The notes below the pieces were generated by a model. The model was not told the origin of the DNA and did not search any database. It worked only from the letters and a program-made list of their open reading frames with translations. 64,000 nucleotides of DNA from positions 558,001 through 622,000 of the forward strand of contig NW_026250420.1 of the NCBI RefSeq assembly GCF_024521635.1, written 5' to 3'. Position 1 is the first letter of the stretch, and each line of letters opens with the position of its first letter. Position numbers and translations under genes: made by a program. This document shows positions 49,324-63,000 of this stretch, one piece after another. This stretch comes from Tricharina praecox (lineage: Eukaryota).

Positions 49324-50657
49324 ATGTCGTCTTTCATCATGATACTTCCGCTGTGGACGTACCTCCTAGCTATTGCCTCGGTGGCCTTCGCGCTTTCGCA
49401 TCGATACCTCCGTAAATCAAGAGCTCACTCGGCACCAGCAACGCAAGATAAGAAGCCTTCACAGTTCCAGAAAAGCGAACGAACACACGGAGGCACCTCA
49501 CCCCTCCAAATCACATTCCATGGCCTCGCACAGCTAACAATCACCAGTATGGCCGCCCTCAAGCTTCAAGACGCCCGTTCCCCCGGCGTATCCCGACTGG
49601 TCCCTCACCTCGACGAAACCACTATCCTACCGGCCCTTCCGCCACGGCCCCAAGTACTTCATCACCATGGGTCTGCGACGGATGGCCTTCGACGACTGGA
49701 TCGAGCTGGACAACGAATTCCTCTCGTTCCACGCACAAAAAGCTTCGCGCATCCTCACGCGCGGCGAGAAGTGCTGCCACACCACGCCCGAGGCGATGCC
49801 GGCCGCCTATGAGCTCCTCGAGGAGCTCGCGGCGTACCTTCCGGCGCGGTATCCCAGCTTGTATACGCGCACGGATGTGGGGATGGATAACCTCGCGACT
49901 GGCGAGTCGTTCGACATTGTGCGCCGCCCGTTGGTCGAGGACCCCATGGTGATGGCTGCGCGGTGGGTGCAGGACGACCTCGCGATCATGCTCGAAGGCC
50001 CCGACGGGATGTACTATCTCAAGGCCGGCTGCACGCTGCTCACGGGCTTCTGGCGCCTGCAGGATAAGCTCGGGATGAGTCTTGACAACATTCACCTCTC
50101 CGGCGACGTCCCCGGGTTTAGGCAGAAGCTGCAGAAGGGGATGAATAACTTCTTTACGCGCATACAGCCTGAGGCCCCCATGGTTAGGAATAATTACTTC
50201 ATCCAGGTGGATGGTGTGCTGCCCTGGAGCCCGAGTATTGGTAGCGAGGATGGGAGGGAGGGCGAGTTTGGTTGGTTCACTGCCGAGAAAGATAAACCGA
50301 TCGAGGAGATTTATTTTAGGAGTGAGAGGCAGAGCCTTAGGAGGCTTCCGAAGAGTGGCGGTGTGGTGAGTTTACTCTCTGGATAGGTATATGGCGGAGG
50401 GATTTGTGAGCTGATGGGAGAAGGTCTTCACCATCCGCACCTATTTTGCCCCAGTTCCGGAGATCGCGAAAGAACCGTATGTTCCCGGAAGACTTGCGAG
50501 TGGGATACGGAGCTGGGATGAGGATGTGGCAAAGTATAAGGGCCGTGATCGGTATGAGACTGTCCTGCTTGCGTACCTAGATAGCGAGCATCAGAAGCAG
50601 GTGGAGGCAGGATTACCGGTCGATAAGGAGGATGGGACGCTGGGTTATCCTTGGTAA
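49324..50657 (+). CDS. DUF3445 / haem-dependent oxidative N-demethylase alpha-subunit-like protein with N-terminal membrane anchor
   Basis: YRPFRHGPKYFITMGLR..DWIELDN, VQDDLAIM..DGMYYLKAG, GFWRLQDKLG..IH..VPGF, RNNYFIQ, FRSERQSLRRLPKSGGVVFTIRTY. Introns 49493-49547 (GC-AG, inferred) and about 50366-50423. Confidence 0.85.
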
Positions 50658-51062
50658 ATCTAGACGCAGGTTTCCTATTAAATAATACCCGAAATGCAAT
50701 TGGATCCTTCGTGTTGGAGGGGTCCGGATGTGTATCTGCAGTGTTGTCGAGCTACCTATGCAACATGTGGTGGCATGTGGTGGTGGTGGTTGTCCTAGAA
50801 ACCACCGCACTAGGACCCCTTGCTCCAAGTGAGAGGGTAAAAGTGACCATGGACCTCTCTGGGGGTTTGGCGTGAATCTCGTCACCATCAGTCGGTCGCG
50901 CCCACAACAAAGAGAAAGCGAGTCCTCCGCCCCCCGTTCGTTGGCGTCTGAGTGATCGCCGCCACGTCTGAATCCATCAGCTCGCTTGAAATAACAATCG
51001 TCTGAATTGGAGCATCATTCTCTACCTGTTTACGAGTACCCCATGTTGGGCGATAACCGTCC

Positions 51063-54031
51063 ATGCCTCCACCTCCTACACCGCCGCCGCCGCCACAAAC
51101 ACACAATGAGGAAACCCACGAGCAAGATCGGACCAGTCCCCTGCCGTCCTACTCCGATGGCGGTATATCCACCTCCTCCTTTCGTTAAACGAAAACGTAG
51201 CTCACGTCTTAGACCTTGAAATCCTGCACGAAATTGTCGCGCTGGCGACCACGATCCCCGGCGACGCCTTCCGCGGGTTGTGGAAAGCGTACGACTACGT
51301 TCTCGCCGCGCGCAAGATCGATCCCAAGGAGGACAGCCGATACTTCCGTGGGATCCTGGAGCTGCAACATGCTCCGGGCGAGGATCTCAGGGAGAAGTTT
51401 ATTTTCCTGCTCGACAAAATCGGCGCCGATATTGAAACCACCCGCTTTACCGACCTGAGTGTCCTGCCGGAGGAGGTCACGACGGAGTTTAATAGGTTGC
51501 GCCTGGAAGAGGCGAAGGAGCGACGGGATAGGGCGCGACAGGCGGCCTCCGGGGAGCCGGATGAGGGCGAGGAGTATTTGGCTGAAGATGAGGGGTCGGG
51601 AGACAACACCAACGCGCACAAACTCAGGGAGATGGGGGTCCGACGGTCCAGATTGCTCAAGTCGCCAGAGGATACCAGGAACGACGCCGTGAGGGTGGCC
51701 AATGCCGCCGCGCAAAAGCGACGGCTGGAGATGCGCGAGCGCCGCGTGGCCTCGTCCGGTTCGGAGGCCGAGCCACAACATCGGCACTCGGAGGCCGACG
51801 ACGATGACTACACGACCAGTGATAAGCTTATCAGTACTGCCAACAGAGCCTATGAGTGCGTCATGTTGCACAAATTCTTCCACCTCTGGAAGGAGCGTAC
51901 CGTGCAAAAAGTGGTACGTCGCAAATTCTTTGAACACCAGGCGGAGGTGTATAACCGTACTACTTTGTTGCAACAATCGTTTGACATGTGGAAGGAACAA
52001 CGGTGGTTTGCGAGGATTGGAGAACGAGCCACGCGACGCTATCGTCTCACCTTACTTTCCAAAACTTGGAACAATTGGGCGCACCGCACTGCCGCGATCG
52101 TTCAACGGACACACGAAGTGCAACAGCGGATACTGGCGAGAAAGTACTTCAACATCTGGAAGCGACGAGTGCAAGGGGACCGGGAGAAGGTGCGGCGCTT
52201 TCGGCTACAGTCGGTGCTGTATCGGTGGATGGATACCTGTCAGAAACAACGAGACTCGGAGCTGCAGGCCGTGGAGAAATACCAGGAGAATCTGGTGTCG
52301 CGCTTCTACTGGCAGTGGTATTTTGCGCATTTGAACGTTGCCGTGCCGCAGCGGTACGTGGAATGTCTAGCCCACACAGCATTGGAGGAATGGGCGGCGA
52401 AAGCGAACGGATTGATTGAGCTACGCTTGATGGCGACCGAATTCCGCCGACAAAAGGACCTACAGAATGCGTTCTCGCGCTGGGTTTACAAGACCGACCG
52501 CAACTTGGAGGACCAGGACCATGCGTTGAACCACCTAGACTTGTACCGACGGCAGACCGCCTTCGGTAGCTGGAGGCGTCAAGCAGCTTGTGCACCTCTT
52601 GTCAAAGGGATGTTGGAGGTTGTCACGGACCGCATTGTCTATGAGAAATTCATTGCCTGGAGGAAGCGCACAAAGAACGAAATCGCGGCAGCAGAGATGT
52701 ACAAGGAGAACCTCGCTCGAAGAGCGTTGCGCACCTGGCGACTGGCGCTACGGCTCGACATCATGACGGAGCACCACGACGTGGCGATCCGACGAAATAC
52801 GCTACAACAATGGGTGCGACAAGAACGGCTTCAGCTACTCGCGCGCACCCACAACCGTAAAATCGCCCGGAACGTCATCCAGATCTTTGCCCAGCGCTGC
52901 AGAGAGAGGAAGGAAATGCTACGACAAGCGTATCGACAAACTACGATCCGCCACCGCCGGACTATAGTGAGAGATATCCTCATTTTCTGGTACCACCGAC
53001 AGCAGTTCCTTCGCGAGAGGGAACAACACGCGGCAAACAGATACAACGCCACTTTGATGGAGAAAGCTTTGTTCATCTGGCGGGAGCGCATCGCAACCAT
53101 TAGATACCACGAGAAACTCGCCGACGATGCGTACTACTTCTTCAGGACCAAGCAGACGTTGACGCGTTGGAATGTGGCGGCCGCCGAATCCAAGAAGCAG
53201 CGGATTAGAGAGGCGTACCACGTAGTTTCGCGCAACAGAAAACGGCAAACCGCGCAGCGGTTTTTCCGCCGATGGCGGGCTAAAAGCGATCAGCTGTGGG
53301 ATCAGGAGCAACGGGCGACCGATTACGCACACGCCAAACTGCAAGAGCTGGGACGTAATATCCTGTTCAACTGGAACTCTCGTGTCGCTGTTGCCTTGGA
53401 CCACTGGGCGGAAGCCGAAGACCTCGATCATCGTCGGATCGTTGGACTGGCCTTCAACGCCTGGCTCGAAAACCGTCGCCGTCTCCAGGAGCAGGAATTG
53501 AGGGCGCAGGTGATGGTACACGAAAGCAATTTGCGGCTAGTACACAAGTACATCAAGCGATGGGACACACGGCAGGCGCGACTAGGCTGGCGTCACCAAG
53601 ATGCCATTCGACAATACGAGCGCACCCAGACAGCCAGAGGCCTCTCCTTCTTCCTAGAATGGCACGAGAAAGCCCTCCGGCGGCAACAACAGCACGATTC
53701 TTCGATGCAGCAGATGGATTCGTTCGAAGACGTCACGGTCATCCAGCCTGCAAAGGGCGGCGGCGGAACCGTTACGCCGCTCAGAGGCTTTAAAACCCCC
53801 GGATGGAAAACTACTGGTGGGTCGAGGAGGAGAGGTGTGCTGGGAAATCGCATTCTGGCTCCCAGTACACCGATCGGAAGTCCCGGAAGTCCGCTCAAAA
53901 GATTCGGTATGTTTGGAAGGAGTACATTGGGGAGGGTGGTGGAGCCCGATGATGATGAGGGCACCCTGGTAGGGTCGGGATCTGGGGCTCGCACCATTGC
54001 GAGCCGCAGTAGTGTGGCTGGTGGGCTGTGA
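51063..54031 (+). CDS. SFI1: Spindle-pole-body half-bridge centrin-binding protein Sfi1
   Basis: Exon 1 51063-51162 (..YSDG) splices to DLEILHEIV..WKAYDYVL. Long helical region with Trp-containing F/LxxW repeats every ~22-35 residues; SP/TP-rich C-terminus. Confidence 0.88.
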
Positions 54032-54793
54032 GGATCTGTTTTCTGTTTTGGTTCTTTACCCGGACTTTGGGGCGCCGGTTTTTGGTGACATTCTGCTTCT
54101 TTCTTTCTTCAGCGGGTGAGCGGGGCGTTTTGATTCTTCTGTTTCTGTTGATGATCTGTTGATGGGCGTTTTCGTCTCTGCAAGTTCTTGGATACCATGG
54201 GCCATGGCTGCTCGCTTCTGCTTCTTCCGAGTTCTTTTTCCGTTCGAATACCTAGCATACTTACTCACGGTTGTGATGTGAAAGTACTTTGTTTAGTTAC
54301 GTTACTGGAAATAATTGTATGCACTCAATGGGAGTAGGGACTCGGGAGGGATGCGAATCAAAGTAGTGTACAAAATAACCTGTGTTCATCAGCCCATGTG
54401 CGCCCATATCACACATTCCACTCATCTTGATATCGACCGGTAATAACCAGCGGGATCTCGGAGGTCATGTTCTCTCGCTCCGTCGTCGCCTGACGCGTGA
54501 AAGATATCTCACGTGGAGCGTCGTGTCGTTGTCAAGCATGTAGATCCTCGTCAAGGTGGGGTTAACATGGTAGGTGGCGCGAGCTTGGTGCTACGTAATT
54601 CCCCTGCAGAGGGAGCTGTTCAGGGAACACCAAACACGCTCTTCAAGCTCACTGCCGCAGCAGCACCGCCGCCTCCACACAACCGCCCTTCGGCCATCTT
54701 GCTGACCTCTTCCGATAAACCTTAAGGATATCTAACGAGTTGACATGCGCGTACCGCCCACAGCACTACGATAGTCCTAGATTCTCCACATCG

Positions 54794-57700
54794 ATGATCC
54801 ATCCCGGACGGCCACAGTCCAGGCCGCAGGCAACGTGCACAGGCGAGTGGCAGCGAAAACGCATCATCGCGTACATCTCCGGCGACAGCTTGGTTATTCT
54901 AGGCGCCGTTGATCAGCTCATACAGACGATCTACCCGGGCGCGGACGAGCACTTGAAGGCGGTCGCGATCGATGAGGTCACCGGAAAGCTCGCCGTGTGT
55001 GCTGGCGGGAAGGTGTGGGTTCTCAGACCGAACGGGAGGGGTGGGGACTATTTGAAGGTGAGCGTGAAGGGCAGGGCAATGGGGGTTTGGGGCTGATGTC
55101 ACGGTGGCAGTGGGAATCGCAAACTCGGATCTCGCTCGATGCCTCGGACGGCCCAGCAACGACGCTCTCTTGGGGCTCCAGCGAGGAGCTCCTAGTCGGC
55201 AGCAACTCCCTGACGCTATGGTCCACGGCCGCTACCAACGACACGGCGGATGTCCGGCTGCTCTGGCGGCGCCCTCTCGCCAACCCCGCCGCGCTCGCAG
55301 TCTTCAGCTGGGACGCATCTCTCGCCGCCTCGGTGGCCCACCATGACCGGCTCGTCAAGATCTGGTGGAAGATTTCGATTGGCAGCGACGACAACCAGCT
55401 CGACTTTGCGTATCTCCCGCATCCGCGCGCGGTTACGTGGATGCAGTGGCGCCCGCCCATGCAGCGCGGGGAGACGGTGGATAATGTGCTGTATACCATC
55501 ACGGCGGACCAAGTACTGCGGGTATGGGCGCCCGTGTATCCGCACGATGGGCATCTGCTGCAGCTGTGGGCAGTTTTGGATCTGCGCGAGAGTATTCCAC
55601 GCGCACCCGGAGCACCGCAGGATGAGAGGTACCATGCACTCATTGTGGATAGCAAAGTGTTCCGGCTTGGAGCGGAGCAGGCGGTGGCTACGGCGGGGGA
55701 GAGTAATAAGGAGCAGGAGATTCTTCAGCGGCTCGTTGAGGTCGCAAAAAGGAGCCCTGATGTCGTGGTAGTGTTTGATTCCCGGGGACGGCTGAGTGCA
55801 TGGGGCCTTGAGAACGTCTCGTGCAAGAGTCGGAAAACGACAAATACTTTCAGTATTGTGCATGCCGAGAACTCCGGCGTCAGGGTCGGGAGTGGTGAGA
55901 CGATATTTACGGCGTTCGCGGGCGGGATGGGGTTGGTGGTGTTGGCGCACTCGTTTGAGGGGCGGATATGCTGGCTGGAGTCGAGGCTGGATACGCTGCT
56001 TGATCTTTCGCCGAGTGGTGTCAGGTTCCAAGTCAAGGGGAAGTGGACTGGACATGATGCACCAATCCAGTCTGTGATGCGGAACGCAGACGGGAGGAGC
56101 TTGTTGAGTTCAACGGAGGCGAACCGGCACCTGATATGGACACGGGAAGAGCTCGGGGATTCAGTAGCATTGCAGAGGAAGAGTTCACTACAGCCACATG
56201 ATGTAGTCGAGCGGGCTGTGATTCTGGAAAACGGTAGATTGCAGCTTCTTCTCCCGTGGACGCGTTTTTCTGACATGATTTAGGGGACTACATCATGACC
56301 TTGCACGCCGACTACGTGGCATTATGGGATACTGAACCTGCCGTCTCGGTGGAAGTAGCACGTTGCAACTTCACTAATAACGGAAAGATGTTGTGTCTAC
56401 TACTGCTCCCGGAGATTGCCAACAGCCCGCCGATGTACCATGTTGTGGCAGTCGACGAGGAAATGACAGGCATTGCCTGGGAGGTCTCATTACCACTCCG
56501 GCCGTCAAAAGCAGCGCACGACGGGGCAAACGGAAATGTCCTCTACCTGAAAGAATTGGCAAGATTTGATCTGGGACCGCGGGATGGATTACTAGCCATT
56601 ATTCCCGTTGATCCGGTGGGCTGGAATGCAGTTCTCTCCGAGAGCCTGGACATGTTTTCCCGTGAGGTAGCCACAACGATATCCAAGTCCGGCCTACTTC
56701 GATCTTGGACAGTTAAGGTCTTCAAAGACGAGGCGAAACTAAAATGGCTAGCCACATCGACGGTCGAAACCGGTGTTCAAAACCCATCGCTGGCAAAGGG
56801 CAACTCCATACGCAAGATTGCGCTAGTCGATGAAGCCAGGACAGAATTGACTATCTGGGATTCGAAGTCGCCGCAGCTGGAGTTTAGGAAGCTGTCCGCA
56901 AATGGCGAAGTTATACGGGATTTGGACTGGACATCGACACCGCAGAGTCAGTCTATCCTCGCGGTGGGATTCCCGCATCGAGTGGTGTTGCTTTGTCAAC
57001 TGCGATACGACTACTTAAATGCCGGGCCCGCTTGGGCTCCATTCAGGGAAATCGGCATTGAAGCTATGACGCCACATCCGATCGGTGATTCCGTATGGCT
57101 CCAAGACGGTGCGCTAGTCATCGGTGCCGGAAACCAGCTATTCCTCTATCCTAAGAAGATAGAGGGTGAAGACAAAATCCTGGACTCGTTGCATCTGACT
57201 TCGCATAACAGCAAGTTTGACAACATCTTCGATATCGTCTCGCAGCTAAATGGACCGCTACCGGTGTATCATCCACAGTTCCTGCAGCAATGCATTCTGG
57301 CTGGAAAGTCGAAGCTTGTCGAGATGATACTTGTCAAGCTGTACAAGGAACTGAGAAATTATCATGAGGAAATTGGTCTGGATCCGTTTTTGGATTTGCC
57401 AATTGATACGTTACTCGCGAGAGATCAGGTATTTGTTGCACTGGTCTTTCTTGGAGGTAATCTGACGATATGCCTGTAGCCTCCGATGCTGAATAGACGG
57501 GCAAGTACATACTCGCCGTTCTTCGACTCCTTCCAGGAAGATGAGGATCTTTCCACCGTCGACGAAACACTAGCAGAAAAGCTCCGCGAACTCCTCACGA
57601 ATATTCCCATTCCGCACATGACCGGGCCAGAACAAATCAACCTCGCAGTGATCGCCGAATCGGTAGCGCAAGTCAACAAGCACCGACGTTCCATGGACGA

Positions 57701-58960
57701 GCACGGAGCGCAATACCTACTGTTCTTCCGCCAGAACAATTTCCGCCGCGAGCAAGCGGAGCACGAAATGTCATGGCGAGAGATCACTTGGGCGTTTCAT
57801 AGCGCCTCGCAGGAGATCCTCGTGGATCTTGTCAATGGGAATTGTCAGGGGCGAATGATGTGGCAACAAGCAAGACAATCGGGTATCTTTATGTGGCTGA
57901 AGGACTCTGAGGCAATCAAGAGGCAGTTTGAGGCAATCGCTAGGAATCACTATACCAGTACCGACGAGAAGAATCCTGTTGACTGCTCTCTCTACTACCT
58001 TGCGCTCAAGAAGAAGAATGTCCTGACGGGGCTGTGGAGGATGGCGAGTTGGCACAAGGAGCAGACGTCTACGTTGCGCTTCCTGTCGAACAATTTCAAC
58101 GAGCCAAAGTGGAAAACGGCGGCGCTGAAGAATGCGTACGCACTGCTAGGGAAGCACCGGTTTGGTAAGACCCATTCCTAACTTCAGATGTTTCCCGTGG
58201 CTGACGAAATCAAACAGAATACGCGGCCGCCTTTTTCCTTCTCGCCGACTCTCCCAAGGACGCTGTCTCCGTCATATTCTCCTCCCTTAAAGATCCCCAA
58301 CTTGCCATCACCATTGCCCGCGTCTACGAAGGCAACGATTCGGGTCCTGTCCTCCGCAACCTCCTCGAGAACAAGATCCTCCCCAACGCCGTGGCCGAAG
58401 GCAATCGCTGGCTAGCCTCATGGACCTTCTGGATGCTACAGCGCAGAGACATGGCCGTCCGCGCGCTTCTCTCCCCGCTCTCAACCATCCACGCTCCCAT
58501 CACGGCCCCTCAAAACCCCGACAGCCGCCTCTTCCTCCTCAACGACCCTGCGCTCATCATTTTCTACAAGCACATCCGCTCGCGCACCACCACAACCCTC
58601 AAAGGCGCACATGAAATCACCCCAGCGATGGAATGGGGCTTCGTCGTCGCCACAGCCTGCGTCTATGACCGCATGGGCTGTGACTTCCTCGCGCTGGATC
58701 TCGTCAAGAACTGGGAGTTCCTACATATCGAACGCAACGTCCTCACCACCAACCCGAACTCACGCTCCCACGCTAGGAATCTGCTGCGAAAGGCGAGGAG
58801 GAACTCGACCATTATTGCCGATGATATCCTGGAGTTCAGGGAGGAGAAGAAGGATACGGCGACGGCGGTGGTGACCGAGAAGGCCCCCGCATGGAAGGAG
58901 GGCCTGGTTAAGCCGCCCGCGGCGGTGTGGGAGGAGCCGGATATGAGCTGGGCTTTTTAG
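54794..58960 (+). CDS. RAV1: RAVE complex subunit Rav1 (regulator of V-ATPase assembly; WD40 + Rav1_C)
   Basis: HPGRP..AYISG..LIQTIY, DRLVKIW..FAYLPHPRAVT, DLDWTSTP..ILAVGF, HPIGDSVW, LPVYHPQFLQQC, KNPVDCSLYYLALKKK..WRMASWH..AALKNAYALLGKHRF; four introns; start codon uncertain. Confidence 0.95.
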
Positions 58961-59844
58961 GTAGATCATCTGCGCTGGAGGATGGCGTTGGAGCATGTTT
59001 TGCGTTTCGTTTGTATATGGTACGATGTTGGAGACTTTGTTCTTATAATACGACACAGTTGCTACGATATGGATAGGATCTGGTTGTGTTGATGATATCT
59101 GCGTGACTTTCGTACACATCAACACGTGATAGAATATGTGAGATGAGTTTCTGATAGTATCGTAACCATGTCACTCGCTCGACGAGGAATATACGGTGGG
59201 ATAATGACTGTCGAGGGCCTCCCGAGGAGCAACTAAGATTGTAGACTACGATGATACAGCTCGATATCCCCTTATGTTGCAAGATTTAGGTGAATGGTTA
59301 GTTGCAAAGCCCCGCGGACAGCGTTTCCAGGTCCTGCTTCTACTACAACCAGTCCACAACCAGTCCACAACTAATAAGACAAAGCCAGGGTTTGACATTC
59401 TCCACAGTGCACAGTGCACACCTAGGTACTCCAGGATATCTGGCTAGACATTCACACAGATCTCTTCGAAGTGGATGGTACATGATTACGATACACCGCA
59501 AAACCCCACTAACTCTGTAAGCACGGGATGTTATGTTATTTAAATTTCAATCGTGGCGTTGATGTCCTCTGCTAGTTACCTATCCCCTACATATAGTACC
59601 TACATGACCGGACGCTTGTAAAGTTTTTGCACTGCACTATTTGGACCGATGCAGAAATGTCAGAAACGAGTGATATCCAAAGCATTCAGCGAGTAGATTC
59701 CGCAGAGAGCAATTTGAGTAAGTTATGTTATGTATGAAGTAGAAATTCAGACTCTCTATCATTATGTATGATGTATGTATCTTGAAGCACAGAACCCGTT
59801 TCCATCTCCACTTCCTCTTCAAGCTTTCATAAACAAGTGACAGA

Positions 59845-59888
59845 AAAAATAAAACAAAAAACAAAAACAAAAACAAAAACAAAAAAAA
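59845..59888. repeat. (AAAAAC)n A-rich microsatellite
   Basis: Seen directly. Confidence 0.85.
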
Positions 59889-59999
59889 GGCCAACGGATG
59901 GTCTTTAGAGGCAGCCCGTGAGTCCTGAGATAGTTGATCTCAAAACCCATCCTACGGCGATGCCCTGGCTACAGTCGAGCAACAGGGCATCCAGCGGGA

Positions 60000-60053
60000 T
60001 GAGTGATTGATTGAGTGAGTGATTGAGTGAGTGATTGAGTGATTGAGTGAGTG
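60000..60053. repeat. Compound (TGAG/TGAT)n tetranucleotide repeat
   Basis: tgagtgattgattgagtgagtgattgagtgagtgattgagtgattgagtgagtg seen directly. Confidence 0.9.
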
Positions 60054-63000
60054 GCCCTCGGTGGCAGTCAGAGCAGCACCACACGGTTCGTCGGAGCCAT
60101 CGGCGATGTCGAGAGCCAACGCAAATTGCTTGCGCTGGTGTTTGCGCTCTTGAACGGCGCACCGTCAATCGTCGCAGGCTTCCGCACGGCAGACCTCCCC
60201 TGCGACTTGCGGGGCTCGGTTGCTTATTATGATCGGCTTATGAACTCCCCAATACGAGAAGCGTTGGTGTCTTCCTCGCACTTGTTCTCGTCATCGTCGC
60301 ACATGTTCTCGTCTTCTTCGCTGCGAACAAATGGTTCGCAGTGGCCCCGTTTAGGCAGTCAGCCCGCAGGCCCTTCCCCATCGTGGGAGGGAAAAGAAGA
60401 AGTGGTTGTGCCGTGACGGTGGACGCCACACCAGCGCAAGCCCAGTGGTTCTTCTTGACGACCGACTTGAGCTAAATCTTGCCGTGCTTTGCAGCAGGGC
60501 TCTTCCGCCAGCGGAGGAATTTCTCTCCAAACAAGTCAGTGACGGTCGACACACGAATAACTCTGATGTAGATGAAGAAAACCTACTCCTTGTCGGTTCC
60601 GAACTTTTTCGTGGGTGAAATACACCCACGAATGATTCGTTCAAATTCAAACTTGATGTCTTCGAAATGATCACGGCACTGAATCCCATTAAGTTAGAGA
60701 TGATTTTCATAACTGACCTGTGAAGACTTTACCTGAAGGAAACAAGGTTCGTTCTTGTCGTTCTTGTTGTTTTTGTTGTGATTGTAACATGAGTCGTGAC
60801 GCGGGAAGATACTTCCAACGCTCGACTAATGCTTTGCGGATCGCCTCTGGCAAATTTGTCTCCGTGAGCTGAGATTGATATTGTAGGTAGATTGTGTTGT
60901 AGAATGATTGTGTTGTAGGATGAAGGAAAGAAGAGGCAGTTGGTGTTGTTGTCGCTGTCTTTATACTTCTTGTGGGTCTTGGAATATTCGGCTAAAAACC
61001 GATAACGTAAACGCAGCTCCGATCGCATCTGATTAAAGTATGTAGAGTCTCCTCATCGTATAGTTCGAATACGAGTTGAACAACTCGCATCAATTGTACT
61101 TCTACTTCTCTTGGAGAGCCGTACGTTGTGCGCATGTATTTTTGATTGAAACCTTGTTGCATCATTGGTGCCTGTACGAGAATATGTGAGTGAGCATGGG
61201 TGACTGTGTTGCTGGCTGGCTGCCGTGTGTAGCCATCACCAAGCCCGACGGATTGATGCCGAGAAAGCGCACCTAATAGAGTAACAGCGACCTGAGGGAG
61301 ATTGTTCACTCCTTCGACTCGTGTCTCTCTCATACGTCTGTGGACAACGCAGCTCGACCCATCAGGTTTAAAAGTGGGCCTGAATTCGTTTCCAGCACAG
61401 CTTCCCAGGAGCTTCTCTATACTTTCATCTAGGGTTCGATCACCATGACTACGCTCGATCATCGCAGGACGTCTCTCTTCATGTGTGCGAGCGGGGGGGA
61501 GATTGGTCAGCACGGGGTTTACGCTCGTTACTCCCGTTGACCCCGGCCCTATGCATAAGCAGTCACTCGTGAGTCTCAACCCTCTTGCTTGCTGGACTTT
61601 TTCTCGACACAGGTCGGATTTCGAATGGGACCTGGAGCACGTAAGGCATCATCTACGGTAAATACACACGTCAAAGGATTATGACGAAGCAGATACAACG
61701 GAATCCAAGAGGGCCCGGCGGAGCTTAAATCCCGGGTGGCTGTATGAGCCCTTGGTACGTAGGTATATCGGATTCAGAAGGAGCGCGCCTACGCGGAGTA
61801 TATGGATGAGTTACGAATGCTATGTTCGCAGTAATAGATGACGAGGACCCACTACGGGCCATTATGCGAGTATGTAATAACCCTTTCCGGGCAGCTTACT
61901 CATCCGCAAAGCCACAGTGCTGACGCACCGCGACGACAACTTTGTGATCCACGAGTCCACGTCGACATCGCGACCATGACTCCGGCGGTACATAGCATGC
62001 GAAGTCCAGCGGTGTCCGAACTCGAGCGACGAGTGGCTGCCGTCCACGACGCCTCGGATCCTACGGGAATCAATGTCTCCATACGTGGCTCAGGGATGTG
62101 ACGAAGAGAGTGCCTGCCTACCAGTGCGAGTAATCACCACGAACGAATAGGCGCAATTCCACAGACGCCGTATATACACGTGGCCGCCTTCTGTACCGTG
62201 ACCAGCTACCTAGACCGCTGCTGCTACTCCTCATGGTGAAAATCGCTGAAGACATCGCTGAAGACGGGCCGACGGCGGGGCTCTACCCCGGGATTTTAAC
62301 TCCATGACTCCATCACATCCATGATGTGTTCCTGATGCTCCGCAGTATCTATTTCCGACGTCGAGTCACACTGCTCTCCGCGGGGTCCCTGGTAGTCGAC
62401 CGGAAGAGTCCACGCCGGCCCATCACTCGTCGAGTGACGAGTGACGAGCCATGGCGGTATGCATACCTACCTGACTTGACTGGGCAGGAAAGGAGTGCGA
62501 CGGTTCGCCATAGTCTAGATAGGCTGTATGTGAAATAAACTGAAGATCTCTCTTTCTCTACCTGACTTGAACTGGACCCACGGGCAGCGAGCCGTCGTGA
62601 CTCGTTCGCAGTCATCGTAGCTATAGTAGCCAGCAACTCCATTGTCTACCTACATCCTACCATAGTGCTCGATAACTACTTAGTTGTGGATGTCCGAGTC
62701 GAATGTAGGTAGGTAAATGACATGGTACATACACTCATGATCATATCAGATCGATGAGTCAGAGGAGGAGTCGGAGCGGCTAATATGCCCGCATTCCGGC
62801 GGCCTCGCTCGCATGCGCTTCGAACTTCCCGTCGTAACTACATTTCGAGCGAATCAAGACGGGCCGGAGGATGTTTACACGTCGACGCGCATTTGTTTTT
62901 TTGTTCTTAGGTATTGCCCGAGCGAATGTGAGAGAACACCAATTTGTTGTCGCATACCTACGGCCCGTCCAGACTGGCGACTAAACGCGCATGCCCAATC

